Of a DNA stretch of 64,000 bases, positions 47,901 to 56,498 are shown piece after piece. Under the pieces are notes generated by a model that was given only the letters and a program-made list of their open reading frames with translations, ran no database searches and was not told where the DNA came from. Both the position numbers and the translations under genes were made by a program. Every line of letters begins with the position of its first letter. Within the stretch, counting starts at the first letter, position 1. This DNA is from Candidatus Iainarchaeum sp. Its GTDB lineage: Archaea; B1Sed10-29; WALL01. The stretch lies in assembly GCA_023129115.1 (NCBI GenBank), contig JAGMCR010000011.1, forward strand, positions 43,909-107,908, read 5' to 3'.

Positions 47901-50900
47901 TCGTCGTTCGGGGTGTCGTCGTTCCGCGCCTTTATTTTGTAGCTGTACGTGGAGCGCGGTGCCGTGAGCCCGGTGTCCGTGAATGTTGGCGTGGTCTGGC
48001 TCGTGGAGCGCACCCACCCGGAGTTGCTCTCGCCGCCGTTGCTGGTGGTGGGCTCTATGTAGTACTCCGTGGCCACGGTTGTGCCCATGTCCGGGGTGAG
48101 CGTGCACGAGTACGTCCCCGCGCTGCAGCCCTGGCTTGTGTAGGACAAAGTTGGCGCCACTGCGTGCGTGTGCTTGCACGCCTGCGAGCCATAGCCGCCG
48201 ATGTTTCCGCCGTTGTCCCGGGCGCGCACGCGGTAGCAGAACTCTGTGTTCGGCGAGAGCCCGCCGTCGACATAGCCGCTCGCGACCCACCCACTGTCCG
48301 TGCCGCCGTCATCGATGCCGACTGTGTTGTCGGCCTGGTAGTCATCACTGTCAGTGCCGGTGGTGACTGTGGTCTTGCTGATTTTGTGGAGCTCGCAGTC
48401 GTCCCACCATGTCTGGCCCGTGGCTGTCCCCAGCGTGTACCTTAGGAGGCGCACGTCGCCCGACGCGCCGGACCTGAAGACAGTGTATATCCTCGTCCAG
48501 TCCGTTGTGCCGCTCGTGCTGGTGAAGTCCAGGGTCGTGAACTGGTGCTCGGGCCATATCCTCGTATACCCGGCGGTTAGCGCTGTCTTGACCATGCACT
48601 CCGCGATGTATTCCGTGTTCGCCTCGACGTCAGTGCCTATGATGAAGTCCGAGCCGGCGTACCTTGTGCTCGCGCTCGTGTCCTGCCTAAGTGAATAGTC
48701 GCCAGTGTACGCGACAGAGCTGTCTACTGTGTACCCGTTGCTGACGACGCTCCCGGCCCTGAAGTAGCACGGGGTTGCCGTCTTTTCACATCCCCCGTCG
48801 TAAAACATGTTCTCATCGTTCCCCGCGTCGTCGAACGCCTTGATGTAGTGGTACCATGTGTCCCCGGTGTCAGTGACAGAAGCCCAGTTCACGGCCATGC
48901 TGCCTGTGCCGACGCCCGTGAAGGTCGGCGTGGCGCCGTTTGGCGGGATTGTCGTGTCGCTCGCCTCGCTGTCCCCGTACTCGTCGTCTGCGATGAGCGG
49001 TGTTACTTTGATGTCGTCAAATTCTGCGGCGGTATACAATGTCAGCAGGCCAATGTACCCTGTGGACATTGTGCTGTCCGTTAGATCCGCGATGAGCACC
49101 CCATCCACATAGAACTTGAGGCTGCTTCCCACCACTTTTGCCTTCAGCTCGTGCCATTCATTCATGGTGAGGCTCGTTGCGCTTGACGTGAATATGTACC
49201 CGGCATCCTGGTAGTCATAAACTCTCCACGTGTTGTCGTCTTGGTGGTGGAAGAACCCGTAGTACGTGTTAACGTCCTGCGCCCGCAGTATCAGCCCAAC
49301 GTTTGGATACGCATGTGTGATTGATGTCGGCTTTACTTTGGCGGAAAACACGTAGTCAGTCCATCCCGAGCTGCCGGCAGTCAGCTTTTTCCATCCTCCG
49401 CTACTTGCGTCGGACTGGGTTAGTTTTTCCGAGCTCACGGCCCAGGTGCCGCCGGTCACGGTCCATGTGGGGTTACTTGTATAGTCCCCATCAGTGAACT
49501 CGTCCAATAGCCCACCCACAGGCTCGTAAGCCCCGGTGGCAGCCGCGTTCCTGTACAGGCCGTGCGTGATAAGCCCCGAGTTCATGTCGTTCCGTATGTC
49601 GTCTTCACTGAGCGGGGTGCTGTAGACGCGGAACTCGTCCACAATGCCGAACTGCTGTGTTCCAGTGTGGTGGTTGCCAACGGTGTAAACGTCGGAAGTC
49701 GACTTCGCGGGCGAAATCCCTACCTGCTCGCCGTCAATATAAAATGTCGTGGTTGTGCCTGTCCCCACGGCGGCGATATGGTACCAGCCCGCCACCAAGC
49801 CGTCTGTGTCGAACCCACTGGAGTGGAAGCCACCGCCATTGTTTATGTAGGTCCCGAGCAGGCCAGTGGACTTTTGGACTATTATCTGGTGGTCTTCAGC
49901 CGTGCCCCTCGCCAGCGTGTTCCAGTTCGCGGCCGCGGCAAATGGGTACATGGCCCAGGCACTTATGGTCCAGTCGGCACCCAAATCCACTACTGGGGTG
50001 AGCAGTACCTTGTCGGCTTCAGCAGCGAAGTCCAGTGCCCCGCCCGTGTACGGGCCGGTGTTGCCTGTTGCCACAGTCGCGCCGGTTAGTGCGCCGCTGA
50101 CCCCTTGCGGGCCCCAGTCCTCTGCAACCCCGCCCTCGAAAGGCATGTACAGCACGAGCCCCGCGTCTCCCTGGTCCCACGTTAAGTCCACCTCGTTCGC
50201 CACGAGGTCCGCCGTTGCGGTCAGGTCCGGCGTCGCTGGCGCAGTTCTGTCGATTGGCCCGATGGTCGCGGACGAGCCGCTGTAGCCGGTCGAGTCACCA
50301 CCGCCGTTTGCCGCCATGACCGAGAACGTGTAGGCTGCGTTGTCCGGCAGGTTCAAGTCAATCCCGCTCGCCCCGCCCCACGCGGAATACATCTGGGCGA
50401 CTTGGCCCGCGCCGAGCGTGCCGTCCGCCTGCAGGAAGTCCCCGCTGTTGTCCTCGCGAATCGTGTATGTCACAGACGCACCATTAGTGCTGGGGTCTAT
50501 CACCAGGGTTATTCCAGTGAACTCGCTGTTCAGCGGCGCGTTAAGGTCCGTTGCAGTCGGCGCCCCTGGCGTGGCTGGCCAGGTCCACGTGTTTTGTGTC
50601 GATGAGTCGGCTGTGGTGAACCCGAACGAGTCCCTCGCCTTCACTGTGTAAGTGTACTGCTCGCCCGGCGTGAGCCCGGTGTCTGTGTACGTGTTGCTCG
50701 TGCCCCAGGTCCTGTCGTGGCACCCGCCTGTCACGCACGTGAAGTAGTACTCCACGCTGCCGGGCGCGCACCCGACGTCAGAGACTGCGGTGGCCGCGAT
50801 GTCAATCGAAGTGGTCTCGCCGCCCGGCGAGGGCTCGATGGTGCTTATGGTCGGCTGGTTCGGGGGCGCGCGGTCGATTTCTATGGGGCCAATGGTGTGC

Positions 50901-52768
50901 TCGGTCTCGGTGTTGCTTAGGGTGTCTATTGATTTGTACTCAAACCACCACGTGCACGCATTGTCCGCGGCGCATGGGATTGCGACCGGGCCGGTGTAAG
51001 TCGTGGTCGCACTGCACGTGCTACTTGCGAGGCAGTATTTTATCTCGTCAACGCCCGCCGCGCCCGTGTCCACCGCGCTGAGCACGGCGTTGCTCGGCTC
51101 GGTCGACCGGCACTCTGCAACCAGCCCGCTGGTCTCGGTTGTTGTCGGCGCGGTGTTGTCGATGTTGATTACGTTGAGGTTCGTAATCCAGTCGCTGGTC
51201 TGGGCAACACTGTCGAACGCCCTGCACCTGAGGTCAACACCGGTTTGTGTCGAGTATCCAGTGACGTCCCAGTAGTACTCGCATTCTCCAATGCCTTCAC
51301 ACCAGTCTGGATAAGGGTTCCCAACGGCAGCAGGGACTGGGCCATACCATCCAGTGCCCTCGCCAGTGTCCCAGTACGCCTCGAGCTCGTAGCAGAACTC
51401 GCCCGTCATCTCGCCCTCGCTGCACCCGAAGGCGCCGTCCGCGTCGGTCGAGCCACTGCACACAATGGGTACCATGCCCAGTTCGTATGGCCCTCCGTAC
51501 GTGGTCGTTGTGTCTGGCGTGAGGGTCGTCGGCGTGGTCGGCGGGGTGTTGCACGCGGCCGGGTCGTTGTACGCGTTGTCGATTTCGCGGAAGTACAGCT
51601 TGTTGTCGTACGTCCGCCCGTAAATCGAGCCTATGTACCCCCCGGAGCACGCGGGCGCGCGCTTCTCAATGCCCTGGTTCCCACTGTTCCCGTACGAGTT
51701 GAGTATGACCTGGGCGCCGAGCCCCGTGGACGCGTCGTACCGCTTGTAGTACACGTCTCCAGCGGTCCCACTCCTCCCAGAGTAGGTGTAGTACATGTTG
51801 CCCGCGGCGTCGCCGCCGACGTTCCCCCAGTTCGAGTAAACGGTAGAAACCGTCCCCGTGGTCCACGAGCTCGAGGTGAGCGCGCCTGTGTACCCGTAGT
51901 AATCATAGTTGCTCACGCCCTGGAACGCCATGTGGAGCTTGTTGTTCGCGGCGACCACGACACCGCATGACTGCACGTTGCTGGTGGCGCCGGCGAGTGT
52001 GTCGTACCCAGCGGTCGACCCGTCTATCCTCTTCCATGACGCGCCGTTGTCGCTGGACTGCGTGTAGACACAGCGCCTCAGTGAAGTCGTGGAAGTGTGG
52101 TGCTGGCGCGCGCCGACGTGGACTCGCGCCTGGTAGTCAACATCAATCGTGGGGTTTGGGTAGTAGTACGTCCCGGTTACGAATGGTATGGTTATTTCTG
52201 CACTAAGCCCTGTGCCCGAGTCCCAGTACTTGTACAGGACATTGTCCCTGTCAGCGTCCTTCACGTAAACAAAGTGCGCTCGGTAGTGCGTCGCGTCGTA
52301 GCGGTGGAGCGCGATGTCGGGGGCGCCGTAGACGGCTCCGCTGAACACTACTGCGACCTGGGTCCAGCTCCCGCTGAGGTGGCAGTTGGTGGTGCAGGTC
52401 TTGTATAGGGCTTGCGAGTTTGCAGTGTCGTAGTAGATGAGGTGGAGCTTGTCGTCAGTGGTGTCGAGCCAGAAGTTGGGGCCGGCTGCATTGCTGAACA
52501 GTAGTGCGAGGCTCCCAAAGTCACTTATGGAGGCGGGGTGCTCGGTAGTGCTTTTGATGTAGTACACTTGGTTATCAATATGGTCGCGGAAAATGATGTG
52601 GTACATCCAGTTGCTGTCGCGCCATATGTTCTTGCCGCCGGGCCCGCCTGTCGGGTGTTCCGCGCTGGCGGCGTCGCCGGAGCGGATGACTATCTCGGGG
52701 CCCAGCGCTGCCGCGGCCACGCTAACGAGCATTAGCAGCGCGGTTGCCACAAGCAAGAAGCGCTTCAT
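41978..52768 (-). CDS. Giant (~3596 aa) secreted adhesin-like protein with Asp-box propeller, Fn3/Ig, LamG, CBM-like, cadherin-like and two FG-GAP/VCBS propeller regions
   Basis: Start reassigned to MKRFLLVATALLMLVSVAAA (ATGA overlap); SSDNGASW; WYHIAAV...IVDEFRVYS; FTINVASVNDLP; 11 DxxxDG repeats in two groups. No C-terminal TM. Confidence 0.85.
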   Translation of the reverse strand: MKRFLLVATALLMLVSVAAAALGPEIVIRSGDAASAEHPTGGPGGKNIWRDSNWMYHIIFRDHIDNQVYYIKSTTEHPASISDFGSLALLFSNAAGPNFWLDTTDDKLHLIYYDTANSQALYKTCTTNCHLSGSWTQVAVVFSGAVYGAPDIALHRYDATHYRAHFVYVKDADRDNVLYKYWDSGTGLSAEITIPFVTGTYYYPNPTIDVDYQARVHVGARQHHTSTTSLRRCVYTQSSDNGASWKRIDGSTAGYDTLAGATSNVQSCGVVVAANNKLHMAFQGVSNYDYYGYTGALTSSSWTTGTVSTVYSNWGNVGGDAAGNMYYTYSGRSGTAGDVYYKRYDASTGLGAQVILNSYGNSGNQGIEKRAPACSGGYIGSIYGRTYDNKLYFREIDNAYNDPAACNTPPTTPTTLTPDTTTTYGGPYELGMVPIVCSGSTDADGAFGCSEGEMTGEFCYELEAYWDTGEGTGWYGPVPAAVGNPYPDWCEGIGECEYYWDVTGYSTQTGVDLRCRAFDSVAQTSDWITNLNVINIDNTAPTTTETSGLVAECRSTEPSNAVLSAVDTGAAGVDEIKYCLASSTCSATTTYTGPVAIPCAADNACTWWFEYKSIDTLSNTETEHTIGPIEIDRAPPNQPTISTIEPSPGGETTSIDIAATAVSDVGCAPGSVEYYFTCVTGGCHDRTWGTSNTYTDTGLTPGEQYTYTVKARDSFGFTTADSSTQNTWTWPATPGAPTATDLNAPLNSEFTGITLVIDPSTNGASVTYTIREDNSGDFLQADGTLGAGQVAQMYSAWGGASGIDLNLPDNAAYTFSVMAANGGGDSTGYSGSSATIGPIDRTAPATPDLTATADLVANEVDLTWDQGDAGLVLYMPFEGGVAEDWGPQGVSGALTGATVATGNTGPYTGGALDFAAEADKVLLTPVVDLGADWTISAWAMYPFAAAANWNTLARGTAEDHQIIVQKSTGLLGTYINNGGGFHSSGFDTDGLVAGWYHIAAVGTGTTTTFYIDGEQVGISPAKSTSDVYTVGNHHTGTQQFGIVDEFRVYSTPLSEDDIRNDMNSGLITHGLYRNAAATGAYEPVGGLLDEFTDGDYTSNPTWTVTGGTWAVSSEKLTQSDASSGGWKKLTAGSSGWTDYVFSAKVKPTSITHAYPNVGLILRAQDVNTYYGFFHHQDDNTWRVYDYQDAGYIFTSSATSLTMNEWHELKAKVVGSSLKFYVDGVLIADLTDSTMSTGYIGLLTLYTAAEFDDIKVTPLIADDEYGDSEASDTTIPPNGATPTFTGVGTGSMAVNWASVTDTGDTWYHYIKAFDDAGNDENMFYDGGCEKTATPCYFRAGSVVSNGYTVDSSVAYTGDYSLRQDTSASTRYAGSDFIIGTDVEANTEYIAECMVKTALTAGYTRIWPEHQFTTLDFTSTSGTTDWTRIYTVFRSGASGDVRLLRYTLGTATGQTWWDDCELHKISKTTVTTGTDSDDYQADNTVGIDDGGTDSGWVASGYVDGGLSPNTEFCYRVRARDNGGNIGGYGSQACKHTHAVAPTLSYTSQGCSAGTYSCTLTPDMGTTVATEYYIEPTTSNGGESNSGWVRSTSQTTPTFTDTGLTAPRSTYSYKIKARNDDTPNDETGWSSTVDCVIANQVPVWTQAITDPINKNEDDGWMRIDSDLSVTGGGQATDCDGDTLTFTVLTENAAQVDCKTNGTNGRELWIRPADNWFGAASCTIRASDTYATADDSFTINVASVNDLPTIEVTAPPGGGASADASYTVNWTASDIETSPTISCYGDADAAGWDQTYTCFTGSTNDGTESCDVSAWATGSYYIWCEANDGEGGTAKDYSPGQVTIGTVDVTMTAGTVRQVHGGNTGVYLTGPASDTILGQQWLYKAPFTVDNNQYARTDYKMSLLVDFTKLFDGAGGAGTSMCDNCYRVVEVSSSGQVIGEKASRFYHLGSDYNALTKAAGRIDFVLDGATTADATRYFWLVFDGVDRGAPTQIPLSQTFFYPETDLNGDGVRDIITAGHTGEVNVINGVTKVVTNILTSAAADYPALAIADTNGDGTPELIIAPYTGTTKYVYHWTGSGYELLGSFVTVIYDTLQVTACDIDMDGLDEIIIPGYGQDRIEVWGWTGSGYAEEYARVSTGQAYGTKKRIDNKACTVCGDVDMDGTPEIVSAQWYDEGLSVISYNGVGLQEEKWRDIHNSGTSGAAGYVFDNEWAQMVFGDTDQPRVYEWSKDGMTNTGLGPDQGSNHGTGSIMDWDQDGRTEVAIGEYGGAVRVYNVEDTGTFNLELGPIDKGSYSMQPMFGDVDHDGAVELVAAWNNDLVYVFDTAGAQEWVSGDLGGDQGGGAYSDGLLIAGEPDPQAFQVGAPRVTWGEAEAMAGKSEVMNDGSRAVDGKLLMKVQKNTGSWVDVATVSNEPILVGAGSSLDLGVEWANAGAWNTGAETTGPYRVYIALTDDGGTVFAKAGGGNAEVAYDFGIDTDAPVVTEAEAAVIADPTPDINEWYEYMWTVGTDEPALCRYSAESEAWASMMPLDTQYATSHYHRMMLFDENAYTYYIKCRDVAGNEGSLTLSFDTEWGHTPIPSATNKAAKMLENAGTWTISDMCYDIDQDTVSGNFIDDSMDYAELLQQGAHEGNIGNSAHLDCDTETSCTVNWGPNAFSKGDVDYRVSCTDHSGMTGALGVHNYGIRADTSWGSPTQSGTPTIEEEGAADLEYRETITIDNSVGGDVRSAGWYYDESKGLDAGVDSWTLYDGQVCSGTAEASEEYIFVIDDYERAYMVHSYGDGSFSQLVYLGDYGNRMPRSSTMADFDNDGDYDVIINDYGAISMLRKTGYESFTEVAIATVSGWTNNYMMCTAAADFNNDGNYDFIAAPNVISQVYRFLGDGTGGFTYEAIQGKPSGSIRECDAADFDMDGNMDFAISGNGGTVIWYGLGTGLFEAPVVADGDANTWDSYSFAAADFTGDGLPDFIRSEGGGGAHSLFKNMGGDPATFSYQGVVFDTDDHGGGGAFDFDHDGDQDYVVSYENHVDRSVDIFLNDGDGTSFTRRQTLHYDGISGLSYAVAAPEYDPDIDTAIKDYTAQTANPAVWESHAPYHTTEYESLCYTWDNALTASDCVPEQDTGSTTVAGGTAYEQCTVTVSNTAAEAASASLQDACDDGAYWDGVGESQTGDSYAAVDCGAKTVSPTAGGNDQYTFKWSEAGTITLVENGWGPNGTCSQYETHQQYRTETVDFTNTDPIAFNGVSWSVSPEGGYTCITCSGTFNIAASGAAQETAEAKAWCNTLPPNPTTLTPTSVVTRGGDSPLVAITCASAVDADGDSITYQIEANYSGGWHDIGGCSSGSCNWDVSLVATQTGVDLRCRAWDGYGWSVGYKTNNDVVDIDNSAPSPVSTDGAPADWTEATSPATVTCSDVGTAGCDTGTYKIYTTGAAGACPQDYGSYTLPSPSDITSHVWVCAAAKDTLGNIGYQAAGIEFKVDQAAPPAPVLTAVQYTNVECPTFQWTEASDTGGSGIKDYELEVARDTGWATDPVGTDNDGFDTGWIAKGTYCSAGTCSYTPSTTHWCPVGPYGGPDGMDACLCQGKWVWRVRARDNALAPGPWAQEI

Positions 52769-53229
52769 TGCACCGCCCCCGTGAACTCTTCCATCACAAG
52801 CGGATTGTCGTGGTTCATGCACACGACAGTGACCGTGCCCACGGCGCCACCGCTGCCCAGCACTCCGGGCGTGCACGTTGTAACGCCGTCGTCGGTGAGG
52901 CAGTCCCACTCGAGCGTCCAGTCCTCGCACACGTCGTAAGTGGTTGGGAAAGTAATTACGCCGCCCTGCCGCGTAATGTCGAGGGGCGTGCCGCTCTTCG
53001 TCACCACGGGCTCGGGCGCTGGTGTAGCGGTTGGGAGCGGCGTTGCAGTGGCTGTCGGCTCTGGGGTTGCCCCATCAACTGGGGGCATCGCCGAATTTGG
53101 CGATGCCCCCGGTTCCTGTGTTGGAACTGGGGTTGCCACTGGCTCTTGTGTTGGGAGTGGGGTTGCCTCCATTGCTGTGCAGCCCACCAAAAGGGCCGCC
53201 AATAAAATTATACTAATTGCCTTCAGCAA
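52765..53229 (-). CDS. Putative lipoprotein with Pro/Thr linker
   Basis: Lipobox-like LLAALLVG|C, PTQEP repeats and a C-terminal Cys domain containing WDC; GAGGTG RBS before TTG. Confidence 0.7.
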   Translation of the reverse strand: MLKAISIILLAALLVGCTAMEATPLPTQEPVATPVPTQEPGASPNSAMPPVDGATPEPTATATPLPTATPAPEPVVTKSGTPLDITRQGGVITFPTTYDVCEDWTLEWDCLTDDGVTTCTPGVLGSGGAVGTVTVVCMNHDNPLVMEEFTGAVQ

Positions 53230-54437
53230 CTGTCACACCTCGAAGCAAGAATATGGAGTTTGTCTGCGTAAACATTTGGGGCGTCGATTACCCCTTTCCC
53301 GGCAGAGACTCGCACCACCGTGTCTCCCACCCTGTCCACCTTGAACGGGACCCCGCTGTAAGTCGTCGTGTCGTTGGGGTACCACTCGTCGTAGCCACAC
53401 CCAGCGCCAAACGCGTCGTGCTCGGCGTGCGTTGGGTCCAGCGGCACGAAAATCCACGCGCCGAACGGCTGGTAGAGAATCGTAATCTCCGTTGACGCCT
53501 CCTCGAAATAGTTCTGCTCAATCGCGGTCAGCGTCAGCGTGCCCTCGCTCTCGACGCTGCTCACAACGAAGCTGGACTCGTGCAGAGTCGACGGCGCGGA
53601 GCTCCACCAGTCGTAGTCCCGGTCCTGCCCGTCCGCGGTCACGTCCACGTAGACGTTGGCCGACGGGTCCACCTCTACGCGGTACCTCACGAGCTCTCCG
53701 CGGTTGAACGTGTACTGCGGCACCCAGTCCTCGTCGTAAGTGGTGATTTCCACGATTGCCATCTGGACATAGAATGGCATGGACAGCAGTTGCGTGCCGT
53801 CGTCGAGCACGATTTCCCACTCGCCCGTCGTCTCGTCCACGTCGAAGCTGCCCAACAAGGCGAAGTCCGTGAAGTCCTCGCCGCTCTTCTGTTGCTGTTC
53901 TTTCTCCTGCTCGTTCGGGTAGTTGACTGTCAGGTTCGTGTTCTCCGGCGCCGGCGTCGTGACGCGGTAATAGACTGTGTCTCCGGGGTGGTGCTTGTCC
54001 GTCCGGTCCGTGTAGTACTCGTCGGAATACATTTCTATCCCGAACTCGACGGCATAGGTGTGGCTGAAGCTCGTCGAGAGCTTGCTCTCGCCCTTGGCGA
54101 GCGTGAGGGTGCAGTCGAGCTTCGCGGAATACGGGTTGAGCTCGGTCTTGTCGCACGTCGAGGAAAAGTCGTAGCCCTTTTCCGCGGCCTGCGCCTCGAG
54201 TTTTTCCGCGACCTCGTAGTAAAACGACGGGTTTCCGCCGTAGAGCCCGCCGGCAACAGAGTCCCTTAGCTCGGCCTCGTAGCTGTTCATGATTGTCTGC
54301 AGCCCTGGCTCGGGCTCTATTTCGGACTCCTGCTCAAGCTGCTTTGACTCGGCCGCGAAGTAAGCAACCCCCACGATTACCGAAATCATAAACACCATTA
54401 TCAAAATATAGAATTGTCCTTTCGTGCCTATCTCCAT
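53223..54437 (-). CDS. Large pilin-like protein with Ig-like domains
   Basis: TKG|QFYILIMVFMISVIVGV; repeated PGDTVYYRV / RGELVRYRV strands. Confidence 0.7.
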   Translation of the reverse strand: MEIGTKGQFYILIMVFMISVIVGVAYFAAESKQLEQESEIEPEPGLQTIMNSYEAELRDSVAGGLYGGNPSFYYEVAEKLEAQAAEKGYDFSSTCDKTELNPYSAKLDCTLTLAKGESKLSTSFSHTYAVEFGIEMYSDEYYTDRTDKHHPGDTVYYRVTTPAPENTNLTVNYPNEQEKEQQQKSGEDFTDFALLGSFDVDETTGEWEIVLDDGTQLLSMPFYVQMAIVEITTYDEDWVPQYTFNRGELVRYRVEVDPSANVYVDVTADGQDRDYDWWSSAPSTLHESSFVVSSVESEGTLTLTAIEQNYFEEASTEITILYQPFGAWIFVPLDPTHAEHDAFGAGCGYDEWYPNDTTTYSGVPFKVDRVGDTVVRVSAGKGVIDAPNVYADKLHILASRCDSC

Positions 54438-54829
54438 ACTCTCACCACCATTTGCCTCGGCGGCAGCCCCCACCTCGTGACCTGGCAGCTCGCGGTAGCG
54501 ATGTCAGTGTCCTCGGGGATGGAGGCCCCGGTCGACTTTATTATGTCTCCACTTGTTATATTTACCACTATTACACTATATTGAATGTCCTCAGGCAGGG
54601 AATAGGTCAGGGAATTGCTTATCCACGCCATTGCGGCCCCGCTCATGGCTATGGCCCTCGCCTTGTCCGAGTTGCACAGCATGTTGGACGCGTCCGTGGC
54701 GTAGCGCTGCAGCACCGCGATGTTCCGCGTCTGCTGGACTGGCGGGTTCTGCTTCACGATTGCTGTCATGAGCGTGAACAGCAGCATCAGCACGATGAGG
54801 ACCTCGAGAATCCTCATGAACCCCCTCAC
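54428..54829 (-). CDS. Pilin-like protein
   Basis: GTG start (GTGA overlap) gives MRG|FMRILEVLIVLMLLF; C-terminal VVRVW. Confidence 0.7.
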   Translation of the reverse strand: MRGFMRILEVLIVLMLLFTLMTAIVKQNPPVQQTRNIAVLQRYATDASNMLCNSDKARAIAMSGAAMAWISNSLTYSLPEDIQYSVIVVNITSGDIIKSTGASIPEDTDIATASCQVTRWGLPPRQMVVRVWR

Positions 54830-55302
54830 GCGGCCCACACCTCCATGACGCCCGGCTGGTACGAGTTGCCCTTCAGCACGAACACCGGCCTCTTTATCAC
54901 GCCTTCCTTGGGAATGCTCGTGAGGCACGCCCACTGGCCCCCCTTGCTCTTCACGCGCCACGCGAACTCAAGCCCCCCCATCGTAGTGTTCAAGTCCGTG
55001 CAGTTCCTGCCGTTGGCCCACCCCAACTTGGTTTGGTTCAGCACGCCGGGCTTCACGCTGCCGTTCGAGTATTCCGCGAACCCGAGCTGGCTTGGGCCGG
55101 AGCTCCAGTTGGGGGGTATGCCGGCGTCCGTAATCAGCACGCTGGAGTGGAACTCTGCCGCGAGCTCCCGCACGTCCCCCCTCTGCAGCTGGGGCGTGAG
55201 CATGAGCGCGCCCTGGAAGTAGATGAACCAGTATGCGGCTAGGAAGAGGGCGGTCGCTACGACGAACTCTATCCCGATTGCCCCCTTAGATGTTTGCGTC
55301 AC
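54826..55302 (-). CDS. Pilin-like protein
   Basis: SKG|AIGIEFVVATALFL (Glu at +5); LITDAGIPPNW; C-terminal MEVW. Confidence 0.75.
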   Translation of the reverse strand: MTQTSKGAIGIEFVVATALFLAAYWFIYFQGALMLTPQLQRGDVRELAAEFHSSVLITDAGIPPNWSSGPSQLGFAEYSNGSVKPGVLNQTKLGWANGRNCTDLNTTMGGLEFAWRVKSKGGQWACLTSIPKEGVIKRPVFVLKGNSYQPGVMEVWAA

Positions 55303-56494
55303 TGAATGCCACCTGGTACCTGTCTTCCGCGTACTTCACGCTGAACCTAAGCATCGCCGGCCGTATGACCGTCACCTTGTCGGGCTCGACCTTGAGGTCG
55401 GTCGCGCATACTGTGCAGCCGAAGGCCACGAACTCTACTTGGTCCGGCGTGAAGGCCTTGTATTGCTGCCGATTACGCTCTTTCGCGAACGACTTCACGT
55501 ACGTCGCCACGTCGTTGGTCGTGAAGCTTTCTGTCACTTCTGCCACGCCATCGATGCTTTTGGTCGTCACCCCCTTGCTCGGGGGTATGTCCAGCATGGT
55601 CTCCCCGATTTTTTCGGCGATTGTGGCGGGGGGCACGAGCTGGAACGCGAGGAGCGTGATGAGCACGAGGATGACCGAGTGCTTGATGCCGGCGGTCACC
55701 TTGCCCTCGCCCATTTCCCCCGAAATCAGGCCCGCGAACAATGCCTCAAGTATGGTCACGTGGAACAATAGCTCGCGGAACTCAAACTCACTGAGTGAGC
55801 CCGAGCCGCCGCCGAGGAACTCGCCCGCGGCCTGCATCTTTGGCACGGCCGGCACGAGTGACTCCGTCAGTACGATAATGATGAACAGCAGCAGCAAATA
55901 AATCGCGTAAATCGTCATGGTGTATACAGAGAGCTTCGATTTTCTCTCTGCCTCGAGCTCCTTGAGCTTGCGCAGGTCGGACGACACGGTCTCGAGGACC
56001 GTGGTGACTTCGCCGCCCGCGGCCTGTGCCGCGGTGATGATTGAAATCGCGCGGTCAATCATTGGGCTCTCGACGCGGTCGGGCAGGCGCTGCATGGCGT
56101 CCTCGAAGCTGACGCCCCACGACAGCTCGCGCGCGATTTTCTTGATTTCTGGCGATAGGAAGCCGTAGTCGTTGAAGGACGCGTTCTGGATTGCCTTCGC
56201 CAAAGTGACGCCGCTCCGCTTGAATTCCGCGATGTCCCTCAGGAAGTCGGGGAAGTGGTCCTCAATGCTGGCGAGGCGGCCGTGCTCGCTGTAGACATAG
56301 AACGCGAAGGGCACGCTCAAGATGAAGAATGCGCCGATGACCCAGATGCCGAAGCTCTCCGGCTGGAACAGCAGCCCGATGAGGACCATGGCAGTCGCTA
56401 TGAGCGAGAGGCCCCACAGGACTTTCCAGCGCTTTTTCATTTTCCTGAAGTTCTCTCTGAGCTCGAGCATTGTCTTGCTGATTTCGTCTTCCAT
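55286..56494 (-). CDS. T2SS-F/TadC-like platform protein, system C
   Basis: IEDHFPDFLRDIAEFKRSGVTLAKAI...DYGFLSPEI...SWGVSFEDA; AGLISGEMGEG..TAGIKH. Confidence 0.88.
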   Translation of the reverse strand: MEDEISKTMLELRENFRKMKKRWKVLWGLSLIATAMVLIGLLFQPESFGIWVIGAFFILSVPFAFYVYSEHGRLASIEDHFPDFLRDIAEFKRSGVTLAKAIQNASFNDYGFLSPEIKKIARELSWGVSFEDAMQRLPDRVESPMIDRAISIITAAQAAGGEVTTVLETVSSDLRKLKELEAERKSKLSVYTMTIYAIYLLLLFIIIVLTESLVPAVPKMQAAGEFLGGGSGSLSEFEFRELLFHVTILEALFAGLISGEMGEGKVTAGIKHSVILVLITLLAFQLVPPATIAEKIGETMLDIPPSKGVTTKSIDGVAEVTESFTTNDVATYVKSFAKERNRQQYKAFTPDQVEFVAFGCTVCATDLKVEPDKVTVIRPAMLRFSVKYAEDRYQVAFSDANI

Positions 56495-56498
56495 TTAA

